Assembly (NCBI RefSeq): GCF_900095195.1
Contig: NZ_LT606950.1
Span: forward strand, 150,001 to 182,000
DNA length: 32,000 nucleotides
Reading direction: 5' to 3'
DNA from: Polynucleobacter necessarius
Lineage (GTDB): Bacteria > Pseudomonadota > Gammaproteobacteria > Burkholderiales > Burkholderiaceae
Part shown: piece after piece, positions 9,690 to 22,214 of the stretch
Position numbering within the stretch: position 1 is the stretch's first letter
How the letters are laid out: each line of letters opens with the position of its first letter
Position numbers and translations under genes: made by a program
Notes under the pieces: generated by a model
What the model was told of the DNA's origin: nothing
The model's database searches: none
The model's input: the letters and a program-made list of their open reading frames with translations, nothing else

Positions 9690-12011
9690 ATGAGTAAAGT
9701 CAATAGTAAAGAACAGCAAATCGCCGCCTTAAGAGAGGCTGCGCTTCAGTATCACGAATTGCTGGTCCCCGGGAAAATTGAGATTGCTCCTACTAAGCAG
9801 TTAACCAATCAGCGCGATCTTGCTCTTGCCTACACACCTGGAGTTGCGGCTCCGTGTGAAGAGATTGTGAAAGATCCTGCGAACGCATTTAAGTACACTG
9901 CCAAAGGAAATTTAGTTGGTGTGATTACCAACGGTACGGCGGTTCTCGGCTTAGGAAATATTGGGCCATTGGCCAGTAAGCCGGTGATGGAAGGCAAAGC
10001 AGTACTTTTTAAAAAGTTTGCAGGCATTGATGTTTTTGATATCGAGGTCAATGAGAGTGATCCCGATAAATTAGTTGAAATCATCGCCGCTCTTGAGCCG
10101 ACATTTGGTGGCATCAATTTGGAAGATATTAAGGCCCCAGATTGTTTCGTAGTGGAGCGCAAGCTACAAGCGCGCATGAAGATCCCCGTCTTTCATGATG
10201 ATCAGCACGGCACTGCGATTGTGGTGGCCGCAGCCATCCTAAATGGCCTTAAGGTAGTCGGTAAAAAGGTTGAAGATGTCAAGCTGGTCACTTCTGGTGC
10301 TGGTGCAGCTGCCTTAGCTTGTTTGGATCTTTTGGTGGATCTGGGCATCCAACGAAAAAATATCTGGGTCACTGACTTAGCAGGAGTTGCTTACAAGGGT
10401 CGCAAAGAGCTGATGGATCCAGAGAAGGAACCGTTCTGCCAAGAGACCAATTTGCGCACATTGGATGAAGTGATTGCTGGTGCCGATATTTTCCTGGGAC
10501 TATCTGCTGGCGGTGTTCTTAAGCAAGACATGGTGAAGAAAATGGCTGATAAGCCATTGATTTATGCCTTAGCAAATCCCACCCCAGAAATTCTTCCAGA
10601 GGAAGTTAAGGCGGTTCGCCCTGATGCTGTAATGGCAACGGGTCGCACGGATTACCCCAATCAAGTCAATAACGTACTGTGTTTCCCATTCATTTTTCGT
10701 GGTGCGTTGGATGTTGGCGCAACCACCATTACGCGCGGCATGGAAGTGGCCGCCGTGAAAGCTGTTGCTGAGCTGGCACAGGCTGAGCAGAGTGAAGTCG
10801 TAGCATCTGTATATGGCATTGAGAACTTGTCATTTGGTCCAGAGTACTTAATTCCAAAACCATTTGATCCCTGCTTGATTGCCGTGATCGCGCCAGCGGT
10901 TGCAAAAGCGGCGATGGATGATGGCGTAGCCTCTCGTCCCATCAAAGATTTCGATGCTTATCGAAATCAGTTGCAACAGTTTGTGTACCACTCAGGTACC
11001 TTGATGAAGCCGCTCTTTAGTATTGCGAAGCGTGTTCCTGCGAATCAAAAACGAATTGTCTTTGCTGAGGGTGAAGATGGGCGTGTATTGCGTGCAGTTC
11101 AGATCATCATCGATGAAAATTTAGCGACCCCAATTTTGATTGGTCGTCCTACCGTCATCGAGCATCGCATTGAGAAGTTTGGCCTTCGCATGAAGTCTGG
11201 CGATGACTTTGAGATCGCGAACCCTGAAAAAGATGATCGTTTCCGCGATTTCTGGCAAACCTATCTGGGTCTTACAGAGCGTAAGGGTGTTACCCAGTCT
11301 TTTGCGAAGTTGGAAGTACGTCGTCGCAACAGTTTGATCGGTAGCCTGCTGATTAAAAAAGGCATGGCTGACGGCATGATCTCGGGAACCGTTGGCAATC
11401 TTTCTACCCATCTCAAGTACGTTGATGAGGTCATTGGGCGCGAGCCTGGAGCAAATGTCTATGGCGCAATGTCCGGCTTAATTTTGCCAGGTCGTCAAGT
11501 TTTCTTGGTGGATACCCACATCAATGTTGATCCGAGCGCATGCGAATTAGCAGAATTGACCTTAATGGCTGCAAGTGAAATGCGTAAATTGGGTTTAGCT
11601 CCAAAAGTAGCACTTTTATCGCACTCTAACTTTGGCTCTAACAATGCATCATCTGCTGTAAAGATGCGTGAAGTGTTGGCACTGCTACAAGAAACCGATC
11701 CAACCTTAGAAGTGGATGGCGAGATGCATGGCGACAGTGCGTTGGACGAAACCATCCGCTCTGGCACCGTCACATCATCCCCATTAAAAGGGAGTGCAAA
11801 CTTGCTGGTGCTACCGAATATCGATGCAGCGAATATCTCTTACAACTTGCTGAAAGTAGCCGCCGGTAATGGTATTACGATTGGACCATTATTGTTAGGA
11901 GTGGCTAAACCAATCCACATTCTGACCCCCGCAGCCACTGTGCGCAGGATTGTGAATGTGACAACATTGGCGGTTGTTGAGGCGGCAAGTAACGCCAGAG
12001 GCATCTCGTAA
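9690..12011 (+). CDS. maeB: NADP-dependent malic enzyme with C-terminal phosphotransacetylase-like domain
   Basis: 773-aa intact ORF with an N-terminal malic enzyme domain ([25 protein letters not shown]) and a PTA-like C-terminal half. Confidence 0.93.
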   Translation: MSKVNSKEQQIAALREAALQYHELLVPGKIEIAPTKQLTNQRDLALAYTPGVAAPCEEIVKDPANAFKYTAKGNLVGVITNGTAVLGLGNIGPLASKPVMEGKAVLFKKFAGIDVFDIEVNESDPDKLVEIIAALEPTFGGINLEDIKAPDCFVVERKLQARMKIPVFHDDQHGTAIVVAAAILNGLKVVGKKVEDVKLVTSGAGAAALACLDLLVDLGIQRKNIWVTDLAGVAYKGRKELMDPEKEPFCQETNLRTLDEVIAGADIFLGLSAGGVLKQDMVKKMADKPLIYALANPTPEILPEEVKAVRPDAVMATGRTDYPNQVNNVLCFPFIFRGALDVGATTITRGMEVAAVKAVAELAQAEQSEVVASVYGIENLSFGPEYLIPKPFDPCLIAVIAPAVAKAAMDDGVASRPIKDFDAYRNQLQQFVYHSGTLMKPLFSIAKRVPANQKRIVFAEGEDGRVLRAVQIIIDENLATPILIGRPTVIEHRIEKFGLRMKSGDDFEIANPEKDDRFRDFWQTYLGLTERKGVTQSFAKLEVRRRNSLIGSLLIKKGMADGMISGTVGNLSTHLKYVDEVIGREPGANVYGAMSGLILPGRQVFLVDTHINVDPSACELAELTLMAASEMRKLGLAPKVALLSHSNFGSNNASSAVKMREVLALLQETDPTLEVDGEMHGDSALDETIRSGTVTSSPLKGSANLLVLPNIDAANISYNLLKVAAGNGITIGPLLLGVAKPIHILTPAATVRRIVNVTTLAVVEAASNARGIS

Positions 12012-12021
12012 ATTCTCAAAG

Positions 12022-12055
12022 AATTTATGTAAGTTAGCAATGACTTACATAAATT
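12022..12055. repeat. perfect 13-bp inverted repeat (extendable to 15 bp around a GCAA loop) immediately after maeB
   Basis: AATTTATGTAAGT (12022-12034), tagcaatg, ACTTACATAAATT (12043-12055). The stem is AT-rich and no downstream U-tract is present, so it is not a canonical intrinsic terminator. Confidence 0.6.
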
Positions 12056-12140
12056 AATACCATATAAATCATAACTTATAGAAAAACCCTGGTATTTGGG
12101 CTTGATTTGATGGCGTGTTACGGGTAACCTAGTACCCATC

Positions 12141-12317
12141 ATGAATAATCGCTCTGGAAACAGTAGTACAGCCAGCTTCGAAGAACATAGCCGTGCTGAA
12201 AGTTGGGATAGCAGTGATCGTCTAGAAACCGAATCGTCCGCTGCCAATATTTACGCTCAGGGTGGTTTATCTCGTTTACAAACCTATGCAGCAAATCAAG
12301 CTTCGGGAAAAAAGTGA
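12141..12317 (+). CDS. hypothetical 58-codon Ser-rich ORF; possibly the displaced N-terminus of the downstream barstar-like gene
   Basis: ATG at 12141 gives MNNRSGNSSTASFEEHSRAESWDSSDRLETESSAANIYAQGGLSRLQTYAANQASGKK. Its TGA (12315-12317) overlaps the GTG at 12314 (GTGA). There is no clear RBS. The ORF falls below the 60-aa cut-off of the ORF track. Confidence 0.3.
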   Translation: MNNRSGNSSTASFEEHSRAESWDSSDRLETESSAANIYAQGGLSRLQTYAANQASGKK

Positions 12318-12760
12318 CAGTTTCTTGGCGTGCCGCTTTGGCCGTTCGTGATGCCGGACCGCCGGCTATGTTGCGCAGTGTGCGCACTAACATCGTGCAA
12401 TCGATTCGTGCTTTCCGTATCCCAGATTTACAGGAAGCCGCAACTGAACTCGGTCAGCATTTCATTTATGCCAATTGCACAAATGCGATGACTAAGGGTG
12501 AAGTTCTCGAGGCAATTGCAATTGCTTATTCCTTCACAAAGCAACAAGCCAAAAACTTTGATCCTCTGTTGGATGCTTTGACAACCACTACCGACAAAGC
12601 GGGTCAACAACCCGGATTTGTGGTTGTGCTTGAAGGTTTGCCTTGCACACAAAAATTTGACAAAGAAGCTCGTGAAACATTGTTAGATGTTTTCCGTGAC
12701 GCGGTGGATTATTGGGCTGAGCGTCGCACACCGTATCGTGTGTTCTACTCGTTCGCATAA
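12314..12760 (+). CDS. barstar-like (ribonuclease-inhibitor fold) family protein; start uncertain (GTG 12314 or ATG 12368)
   Basis: The core ...SVRTNIVQSIRAFRIPDLQEAATELGQHFIYANCTNAMTKGEVLEAI...NFDPLLDALTT...GFVVVLEGLP...RETLLDVFRDAVDYWAERRTPYRVFYSFA resembles barstar-domain proteins as I recall them (N-F-D-A-L-x-D-x-L). GGGA lies 5 nt upstream of the GTG at 12314. Confidence 0.65.
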   Translation: MTVSWRAALAVRDAGPPAMLRSVRTNIVQSIRAFRIPDLQEAATELGQHFIYANCTNAMTKGEVLEAIAIAYSFTKQQAKNFDPLLDALTTTTDKAGQQPGFVVVLEGLPCTQKFDKEARETLLDVFRDAVDYWAERRTPYRVFYSFA

Positions 12761-12783
12761 TCAGCAATCGCCTGCAAACCCTG

Positions 12784-12808
12784 AAATCGCCTCTATTTGA
12801 GGCGATTT
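12784..12808. terminator. putative bidirectional intrinsic terminator between the barstar-like gene and rsmE
   Basis: AAATCGCCTC (12784-12793), tattt, GAGGCGATTT (12799-12808), followed by TTG CATTT on the + strand. It overlaps the rsmE stop codon. Confidence 0.55.
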
Positions 12809-13563
12809 TGCATTTCAGGATTCCATATGCTGTGGACCGCAGTGATGGCCGCTATGCCAGCAGTTTCAGTGCGCAAGACCCGTTCGCCCATGAGAACGAG
12901 TTGATAGCCGGCTGCTTGCGCCTGAGTCTCTTCGTCGGGTGAATGACCACCCTCTGGGCCGATCATCAGGACGGTATCCTGTGGGTCATTTTCCATTAGC
13001 ACGGAATACATGCTTTTAGTGGCGTCTGGACTCAACAATAATTTGAGTGTGGGTTTTGTGCCGTCATTGCCAGCTTTTAAATATTCTACAAAGGTGACGA
13101 TGGGTTCCAGTTTTGGTAACACTGTCCGGTCGCATTGCTCGCATGCAGCTTGCATGATTCCTTGCCAATGGCTCAATCGTTTTTGGGCGCGATCGTGTTC
13201 ACTTGAACGGGTGAGTTTTAGGATGGAGCGTTCACACTGCATGGGGGCAATGATTTGGGTTCCCGTTTCAACCGCTTTTTCCACAATCCAATCCATTTTG
13301 TCGCCCCCTGCCAAACCTTGGGCCAAAGTGATCGCATATGGAGTCTCGCGACGAGTGTCCATATGAATATCACTAAGCTGAGCAACCCCACTTTTCCCAG
13401 TCAGGGCGAGGAGTTCGGCGCTGGCTACCAACCCTTTTCCATCAAATACGGGAAAGGACTCGCCGACTTGAATGCGCCGGACACGTAGATGATGGGCTAC
13501 CTCAGGGGTGAGGGGGGTTGGCTTTTGGGATTCCCATGGTCCGGGAAGATAAAATTGAGGCAT
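12793..13563 (-). CDS. rsmE: 16S rRNA (uracil1498-N3)-methyltransferase
   Basis: 256-aa ORF with an N-terminal PUA-like region ([12 protein letters not shown]), [10 protein letters not shown] and [10 protein letters not shown] motifs. Confidence 0.88.
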   Translation of the reverse strand: MPQFYLPGPWESQKPTPLTPEVAHHLRVRRIQVGESFPVFDGKGLVASAELLALTGKSGVAQLSDIHMDTRRETPYAITLAQGLAGGDKMDWIVEKAVETGTQIIAPMQCERSILKLTRSSEHDRAQKRLSHWQGIMQAACEQCDRTVLPKLEPIVTFVEYLKAGNDGTKPTLKLLLSPDATKSMYSVLMENDPQDTVLMIGPEGGHSPDEETQAQAAGYQLVLMGERVLRTETAGIAAITAVHSIWNPEMQNRLK

Positions 13564-13607
13564 TACTGAAATATAGCCAATTTATTTTTCCAGAGACCAT
13601 TTTTACG

Positions 13608-15602
13608 ATGTCAAACCTTCAAATTCGCATGGCCAACGCCATTCGCGCCTTATCCATGGATGCAGTTCAGCAGGCAAATTCAGGACACCCTGGTATGCCG
13701 ATGGGAATGGCCGATATTGCTGTTGGATTATGGAATGAGCACTTAAAACACAATCCGACCGATCCCCATTGGATTGATCGCGATCGTTTTGTGTTATCAA
13801 ATGGCCATGGATCGATGCTGTTGTATTCGTTGCTGCATCTTTCTGGATATGACTTGCCTATTGAGGAGTTAAAAAATTTCCGTCAATTGCATAGCAAAAC
13901 TCCAGGCCATCCTGAGTACGGAATTACACCCGGCGTAGAAACGACAACGGGCCCATTGGGTCAGGGGATTTCGAATGCCGTTGGCATGGCGCTAGCAGAA
14001 AAATTATTAGCAGAAGAATTTAATCGCCCTGGTCACAACATTATTGATCACTACACCTATGTGTTTTTAGGTGATGGTTGTTTGATGGAGGGCATTAGTC
14101 ATGAAGTCTGCTCATTGGCGGGAACATTAAAGCTCAATAAGCTAATCGCACTTTGGGATGACAACGGTATTTCCATCGACGGAAAAGTTGTTTCTTGGTT
14201 TAATGAAGACACTCCAAAGCGCTTTGAAGCATATGGCTGGAATGTAATTCGTGACGTTGATGGTCATGATGCTGAAGCGGTTTCCGCTGCAATCGCTAAG
14301 GCCAAGAAGAGCGATAAACCTACTCTGATTTGTTGCAAGACCGCGATTGGTCAAGGCTCTCCGAATATGGCGGGTACTGATAAGGTGCATGGTTCACCAT
14401 TGGGCGCAACTGAAATTGCTGCTACACGTGTAGCTTTAAATTGGCCCTACGCTCCTTTTGAAATTCCGAAAGATATTTATGCTGCTTGGGATTTTAAGAA
14501 GCGCGGTCAATCGCCTGAGCACGAGTGGAATAAAGATTTCCAGAAATACAAAAACAAATTTCCAGAGCTTGCAGCAGAATTACAGCGTCGCATGCAGGGA
14601 GATTTGTCTGCCGATTTCACTAAGACATTAAATGCGTATTTAAAAACTTGCCAATCTAAAGCTGAAACAGTCGCTACGCGCAAAGCAAGTCAGAATGCAA
14701 TCGAAGCATTAGCGCCAGCGTTGCCAGAATTTATGGGGGGTTCAGCAGACTTAACGGGCTCGAACTTGACCAATTGGTCAGCATGCAAGCCCGTGCGTGG
14801 TGATCGGTGGGGTAATCACATTAACTATGGTGTGCGTGAGTTTGGTATGAGCGCCATCATGAATGGTATTGCCTTGCATGGTGGCTACATTCCCTTTGGC
14901 GGGACATTCTTAACATTCTCTGACTACAGCCGCAACGCCATTCGTATGGCTGCACTAATGAAATTGCGCAGCATTTTTGTTTTCACCCATGACTCGATTG
15001 GTTTGGGTGAAGACGGGCCAACGCATCAATCGGTTGAGCATGTAGCCAGTTTGCGCCTAATTCCCAATCTGATGGTTTGGCGCCCTTGCGATACAACCGA
15101 GAGCGCTGTTGCTTGGGGTGCCGCGATTGAACGCAAGAATGGTCCTAGCGCGTTAATTTTCAGCCGTCAAAATTGCCCATTTGTTCCACGCAACAATCAA
15201 CAAATTAAGGACATTGCTCGTGGCGGCTATGTTTTAAAAGACCCACAGTCTGGCAAAGTTGATGCAGTCATCATTGCTACGGGTTCTGAAATCGCTCTGG
15301 CATTACAAACGGCCCAGCAATTAGAGGTCAAGGGATTGGGCATTCGCGTGGTATCAATGCCTTCAACTACGGTATTCGATCAGCAAGATGCTTCCTACAA
15401 AGCCAAAGTATTGCCTGCCAATATTCCGCGCATTGCAATAGAGGCTGGCGTAAGTGATTTTTGGTGGAAATATGGATGCGCTGCTGTACATGGTGTAGAC
15501 ACCTTTGGTGAATCAGCGCCTGCGGGCCAACTATATGAATATTTTGGTCTAACAGTCGATCAAATTGCAAAGACGGTTCAACAATGCATTGCAAAAAAGT
15601 AA
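13608..15602 (+). CDS. tkt: transketolase
   Basis: [50 protein letters not shown] (TPP-binding) and [18 protein letters not shown] at 13608 is used rather than the ORF-track extension from 13518, which overlaps rsmE. Confidence 0.95.
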   Translation: MSNLQIRMANAIRALSMDAVQQANSGHPGMPMGMADIAVGLWNEHLKHNPTDPHWIDRDRFVLSNGHGSMLLYSLLHLSGYDLPIEELKNFRQLHSKTPGHPEYGITPGVETTTGPLGQGISNAVGMALAEKLLAEEFNRPGHNIIDHYTYVFLGDGCLMEGISHEVCSLAGTLKLNKLIALWDDNGISIDGKVVSWFNEDTPKRFEAYGWNVIRDVDGHDAEAVSAAIAKAKKSDKPTLICCKTAIGQGSPNMAGTDKVHGSPLGATEIAATRVALNWPYAPFEIPKDIYAAWDFKKRGQSPEHEWNKDFQKYKNKFPELAAELQRRMQGDLSADFTKTLNAYLKTCQSKAETVATRKASQNAIEALAPALPEFMGGSADLTGSNLTNWSACKPVRGDRWGNHINYGVREFGMSAIMNGIALHGGYIPFGGTFLTFSDYSRNAIRMAALMKLRSIFVFTHDSIGLGEDGPTHQSVEHVASLRLIPNLMVWRPCDTTESAVAWGAAIERKNGPSALIFSRQNCPFVPRNNQQIKDIARGGYVLKDPQSGKVDAVIIATGSEIALALQTAQQLEVKGLGIRVVSMPSTTVFDQQDASYKAKVLPANIPRIAIEAGVSDFWWKYGCAAVHGVDTFGESAPAGQLYEYFGLTVDQIAKTVQQCIAKK

Positions 15603-15651
15603 TGCCAATTAATCCAACACAAATGAATTCAATATTAGTAAGGGGGAGGTA

Positions 15652-16680
15652 ATGACAATTCGTGTCGCAATAAATGGTTATGGGCGTATTGGTCGCATGG
15701 TATTGCGTGCTTTGTACGAAGATCAAGTCAATGGCAAGCTGCGTCGTGATATCAAGATTGTTGCCATCAATGCAATGGGTGACATTGCCATTAACGCCCA
15801 TTTAACCCAGTATGACTCTGCCCACGGTTGCTTTCCGGCTGAAGTTTCGGTTGATGGAGATTGCATGGTGGTCAATGGTGATCGCATCAAAATGTTTTCG
15901 ACTCGCAACCCTGCAGAAACTCCTTGGGGCGAATTGGGCGTTGATTTAGTTCTTGAATGTACTGGTAAGTTCACTTCGAAAGAAAAGGCCATGATTCATA
16001 TTCAGCAGGGGGCAAAGAAGGTATTGATCTCTGCTCCTGGTGAAAAGGATGTGGATGCCACAATTGTGTATGGCGTTAACCAAAACGTTCTCAAGCCAAG
16101 TGATGTCGTTGTCTCAAACGCAAGCTGCACCACCAACTGTTTGGCTCCATTGGTTAAGCCATTGCTCGAAAAAATTGGTATTGAATCTGGTTTGATGACC
16201 ACTATCCATGCGTTTACCAATGATCAGGTGTTGACTGATGTGTATCACAAGGATATGCGTCGCGCGCGTTCTGCTGTTTCGAGCATGATTCCAACGAAGA
16301 CCGGTGCGGCAAAAGCGGTCGGTTTGGTATTGTCAGCATTGGCAGGGCGCTTTGATGGATTTGCGATGCGTGTTCCGGTAATTAATGTTTCCGTTGTTGA
16401 TCTGACTTTCGCGGCTAGTCGTGCTACCAGCGTAGATGAAGTGAATGCCATTTTGAAAACTGCCAGCGAAGGCGAGCTCAAAGGCATTTTGGGATTCAAT
16501 ACGCTGCCATTGGTTTCAATCGACTTCAATCATGATCCTCGCCCAAGTATTTATGATGCCTCTCAAACCCGCGTCTCTGCGGACGGTAAGTTGGTTAAGG
16601 TATTGGCCTGGTATGACAATGAATGGGGTTATTCCGTTCAAATGCTCAATGCAGCAGAAGCATTGATGGCAGTAAAGTAA
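15652..16680 (+). CDS. gapA: type I glyceraldehyde-3-phosphate dehydrogenase
   Basis: INGYGRIGR, the [12 protein letters not shown] active site and [19 protein letters not shown] upstream. The tkt-gap linkage is typical of Burkholderiales. Confidence 0.95.
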   Translation: MTIRVAINGYGRIGRMVLRALYEDQVNGKLRRDIKIVAINAMGDIAINAHLTQYDSAHGCFPAEVSVDGDCMVVNGDRIKMFSTRNPAETPWGELGVDLVLECTGKFTSKEKAMIHIQQGAKKVLISAPGEKDVDATIVYGVNQNVLKPSDVVVSNASCTTNCLAPLVKPLLEKIGIESGLMTTIHAFTNDQVLTDVYHKDMRRARSAVSSMIPTKTGAAKAVGLVLSALAGRFDGFAMRVPVINVSVVDLTFAASRATSVDEVNAILKTASEGELKGILGFNTLPLVSIDFNHDPRPSIYDASQTRVSADGKLVKVLAWYDNEWGYSVQMLNAAEALMAVK

Positions 16681-16730
16681 TTAAACGTCTTTAAATTACG
16701 CCTTCTGTTGTTAAAAGAAGTCAAAAAATG

Positions 16731-16759
16731 AAAAGAGACCTCAAATAGAGGTCTCTTTT
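16731..16759. terminator. bidirectional Rho-independent terminator shared by gapA (+) and fur (-)
   Basis: AAAAGAGACCTC (16731-16742), aaata, GAGGTCTCTTTT (16748-16759). The GC-rich core is flanked by an A-run upstream and a T-run downstream, so each strand sees a hairpin followed by a U-tract. Confidence 0.8.
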
Positions 16760-16802
16760 CACATCTTTATGCTGAAAAACAGCCCAAATTCCAGAAATTC
16801 GC

Positions 16803-17258
16803 TTATTTTTGCTTATTACGACAGTTTTTCTTTTGACAATGTCCGTACATCGCTAGAGAGTGCTCTTGCAGTTTGAATTCGAGATTTTTCGCAATATCCC
16901 GTTGCCGTTTTTCAATGGCCTCATCCACAAATTCTTCGACGTGCCCGCAGTCCAAGCAAACCAGGTGATCATGATGGCGCCCCTCGTTGAGCTCGTAAAT
17001 TGCTCGGCTATCGCCTTTGCTGGATTCAAAATGGCTTCTCAGTAGCAGGCCGGCCTGCTCAAATTGGGTTAGAACCCGATAGACCGTGGCTAGGCCGATT
17101 TCTTGATCATCCTTGGCCAAAGCCATAAAGACATCTTCGGCGCTAAAGTGAGTGCCACCATTTTGGTGGAAAAAGTCTAGGATTCGCATACGCGGCCCAG
17201 TGGCTTTTAGACCAATATCGCGCAGATTCTCGGGGGTGGGGTTTTGGTTCATCGTCAT
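16803..17258 (-). CDS. fur: ferric uptake regulator
   Basis: MTMNQNPTPENLRDIGLKATGPRMRILDFF..., HHDHLVCLDCGHVEEF (HHDH and CxxC metal sites). ATG at 17258 (or 17252) is used; the 207-aa ORF-track extension is rejected. Confidence 0.92.
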   Translation of the reverse strand: MTMNQNPTPENLRDIGLKATGPRMRILDFFHQNGGTHFSAEDVFMALAKDDQEIGLATVYRVLTQFEQAGLLLRSHFESSKGDSRAIYELNEGRHHDHLVCLDCGHVEEFVDEAIEKRQRDIAKNLEFKLQEHSLAMYGHCQKKNCRNKQK

Positions 17259-17301
17259 GGCTTTGCGAGCTAAAATCAATGTCTTAATGATACGGCCAGC
17301 C

Positions 17302-18033
17302 ATGCAAATTTGCCTTGAACTTTCCAATTGTTTACTTTCTCCGCTTTTAAAGCGGAGAGCCTTACTTTCTAGAAGCGGGATTTTGGCAATTTTCTTGGTG
17401 GGTTTGCTTGCAATTGGGGGGTGCACATCAGCGGTTGATGATACTCAGCGCGCTTGGATGAATAAAGTATTCAAACCCTATGTTCCTGATGTGGTGCAGG
17501 GAAACTTCATTTCGAGCGAACAATATGCCAAGCTGCAGTTAGGGATGTCTCGTGAGCAAGTGCGCCAAATATTAGGCACCCCACTTCTTGCTAGCTACTT
17601 TCATGCCAATCGCTGGGATTATGTTTTTGAATTTAAGCGCGCCGGACAGCGTGTTAGCAAAGAACGCCATGTGACCATATTCTTTGAAGGTGACAAAGTA
17701 GTGAGGTTTGAGGGCGACGCGCTGCCGACGGGTGTTGAGCTGGTTGCTGAGATTGACAATTACGCCAAAACAAAACGTTCTTTCTGGGATGTTGTCACCG
17801 GTTCAAATAAACCACCAGTTACGCCACCGCTGCAACAACCAGAGTTGCTCGTACCAAGTCCAACGGATAACCTGCCTAAAGGAGCAGCTGTACCACCGGT
17901 GCCTGCTGAAAGCAAAGGCTTGTTTTGGGATTACTTTAGTTTTTCGAAGTCTGGTGATGGTCAGGTAGTGCAGCCCGAGCCTTTGGGTCCTGGCTCTGCT
18001 AATACCGTTCCACCATCAGAAGCGAAGCAATAG
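17302..18033 (+). CDS. bamE: outer membrane protein assembly factor BamE (OmlA/SmpA) with a long Pro-rich C-terminal tail; start uncertain
   Basis: Lipobox LLAIGGC, then the SmpA/OmlA core VQGNFISSEQYAKLQLGMSREQVRQILGTPLL...RWDYVF. It is divergent from fur, the arrangement known for omlA-fur in Pseudomonas and Burkholderia. The first ATG at 17302 gives an unusually long 41-aa signal region. Confidence 0.8.
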   Translation: MQICLELSNCLLSPLLKRRALLSRSGILAIFLVGLLAIGGCTSAVDDTQRAWMNKVFKPYVPDVVQGNFISSEQYAKLQLGMSREQVRQILGTPLLASYFHANRWDYVFEFKRAGQRVSKERHVTIFFEGDKVVRFEGDALPTGVELVAEIDNYAKTKRSFWDVVTGSNKPPVTPPLQQPELLVPSPTDNLPKGAAVPPVPAESKGLFWDYFSFSKSGDGQVVQPEPLGPGSANTVPPSEAKQ

Positions 18034-18099
18034 AAAATGAAATTGACGTTCAAAAATGTTGAGCGTCTCCAGAAACTTTAAGTCAAAGCGAAGAGACTC

Positions 18100-18903
18100 A
18101 TGATGAAGATAGCAATTTCTGGCGCTACAGGCCGTATGGGCAAGATGTTAATTGAGGCTGTTTTAAATACAGCAGGCGCTGAGCTTGTCGGCGCTTTGGA
18201 GCGTGCAACTTGTCCCCAACTTGGTGAAGATGCTGAGGCTTTTTTAGGTAAAAAAACCGGCGTACTAATTTCTTCTGACATTGGGTCAGTTTTAGCGAAT
18301 GCTGAGTTTCTGATTGATTTCACAAGACCAGAGGGGACTATGGCGCATTTGGCTGTGGCTGAACAAACCGGTACCAAGATGATTATTGGTACTACTGGAC
18401 TAAGCCCTGAGCAAATTGCGAATTTAAAGAAGGCTTCCGCAAAGCTGGCGATTGTTTTTGCTCCGAATATGAGTGTTGGTGTGAGCGCCACATTCAAATT
18501 ACTCGAGATTGCTGCCAAGATGCTTAATCAAGGTTATGACATTGAGATTATTGAGGCACATCATCGCCATAAGGTAGACGCACCATCTGGCACTGCGTTG
18601 AAAATGGGCGAAGTGATCGCAGACGCTCTGAACAAAAAATTAGATGACGTTGCTGTGTATGCACGCGAGGGTCATGCTGGCGAGCGCAAAGAGGGCTCGA
18701 TTGGGTTTGCAACGATTCGTGGTGGCGATATTGTTGGCGATCACACCGTACTCTTTGCAGGCGATGGCGAGCGCATTGAAATTAGCCATAAGTCCTCAAG
18801 TCGTCAGTCGTATGCGCAAGGATCATTGCGCGCCGCTCGCTTTCTGAAAAGTAAAAGTACAGGACTATATGACATGCAAGATGTCTTAGGCCTTCGTCAA
18901 TAG
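18100..18903 (+). CDS. dapB: 4-hydroxy-tetrahydrodipicolinate reductase
   Basis: [12 protein letters not shown](P)-binding motif and the [15 protein letters not shown] signature. Confidence 0.94.
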   Translation: MMKIAISGATGRMGKMLIEAVLNTAGAELVGALERATCPQLGEDAEAFLGKKTGVLISSDIGSVLANAEFLIDFTRPEGTMAHLAVAEQTGTKMIIGTTGLSPEQIANLKKASAKLAIVFAPNMSVGVSATFKLLEIAAKMLNQGYDIEIIEAHHRHKVDAPSGTALKMGEVIADALNKKLDDVAVYAREGHAGERKEGSIGFATIRGGDIVGDHTVLFAGDGERIEISHKSSSRQSYAQGSLRAARFLKSKSTGLYDMQDVLGLRQ

Positions 18904-18931
18904 TGATATCTAAAACGATTATTAAAAATAA

Positions 18932-21619
<2,688 letters not shown>

Positions 21620-21651
21620 CCCACGATAGATATTTTTGAGAAACTGAGAAT

Positions 21652-22179
21652 ATGAGCGCAAATCCACTTCGGCGTGCAATCATTGGTTTATTGGCTGGCG
21701 CGCCTGTCGTCGGTCTATTTGCTTGCGGCTATCGGATGCGCGGCATGATGGATTTGCCTTTCACAGCAATTGCGATTACCGGAAATCCATCGCCACCGTT
21801 GCGAAGAGATCGACAAACTTCGATTTTGCAAGGGACCGATGTCAATGTTGCTATTAATCCCAAAGATGCTGATCTTATTTTGGAGATCACCAATGAAATT
21901 ACTGGTCGTGAGATTCTGGCTTATAACGCAGCAGGTCAAGCGTCTGCCTACCGCCTAAACATTTGCGTGGGTTTTCGAGCATACGATCTTTCCGGGGCTG
22001 AAATTGTTCCAGATAGCGAAATTTACATGACACGTGATATAGACTTTTCGAATACCACCGCGTTGGCAACAGACGTTCAGCAACAGCAATTTTTGTCATT
22101 GATGCGCAAAGATTTGACTGTGCAGATTTTGCGTCGCGTATCTGCTGCTGCAAAAGCACCGCGAAGCAAGTCGTTTTAA
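21652..22179 (+). CDS. lptE: LPS-assembly lipoprotein LptE (RlpB)
   Basis: Lipobox GLFACG after the signal peptide. Conserved position between leuS and holA. Confidence 0.85.
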   Translation: MSANPLRRAIIGLLAGAPVVGLFACGYRMRGMMDLPFTAIAITGNPSPPLRRDRQTSILQGTDVNVAINPKDADLILEITNEITGREILAYNAAGQASAYRLNICVGFRAYDLSGAEIVPDSEIYMTRDIDFSNTTALATDVQQQQFLSLMRKDLTVQILRRVSAAAKAPRSKSF

Positions 22180-22214
22180 AGCACAACCAGAAAGATACAT
22201 AGGCAGAGACCCGC

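Noticed and set aside
11840-12393. Minus-strand ORFs of 135 aa and 84 aa crossing the maeB 3' end and the intergenic region
   Set aside because: The first is mostly antisense to maeB and the second is antisense to the + strand barstar-like locus. Neither has motifs or an RBS.
13518-13607. 30-codon N-terminal extension of the transketolase ORF
   Set aside because: The extension overlaps the rsmE start on the other strand. The conserved Tkt N-terminus begins at ATG 13608 ([20 protein letters not shown]).
15367-15801. 144-aa minus-strand ORF spanning the tkt-gapA junction
   Set aside because: It is antisense to two strongly supported genes and their intergenic RBS, and has no recognisable domain. 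Typical shadow ORF.
17270-17292. Possible Fur box (AAATCAATGTCTTAATGATAC) in the fur/bamE intergenic region
   Set aside because: Only the outer TGAT/ATCA tetramers form a dyad, and the match to the 19-bp GATAATGATAATCATTATC consensus is poor by eye. Not callable without a scoring matrix.
17259-17426. 56-codon N-terminal extension of fur in the ORF track (207 aa)
   Set aside because: Fur-family proteins are about 140-150 aa. Homology-like sequence begins at MTMNQNP (17258), and the extension is antisense to the bamE 5' region.
18078-18518. 146-aa minus-strand ORF
   Set aside because: Antisense to dapB, whose [15 protein letters not shown] signature is on the + strand. Ala/Ser/Pro-rich shadow ORF.
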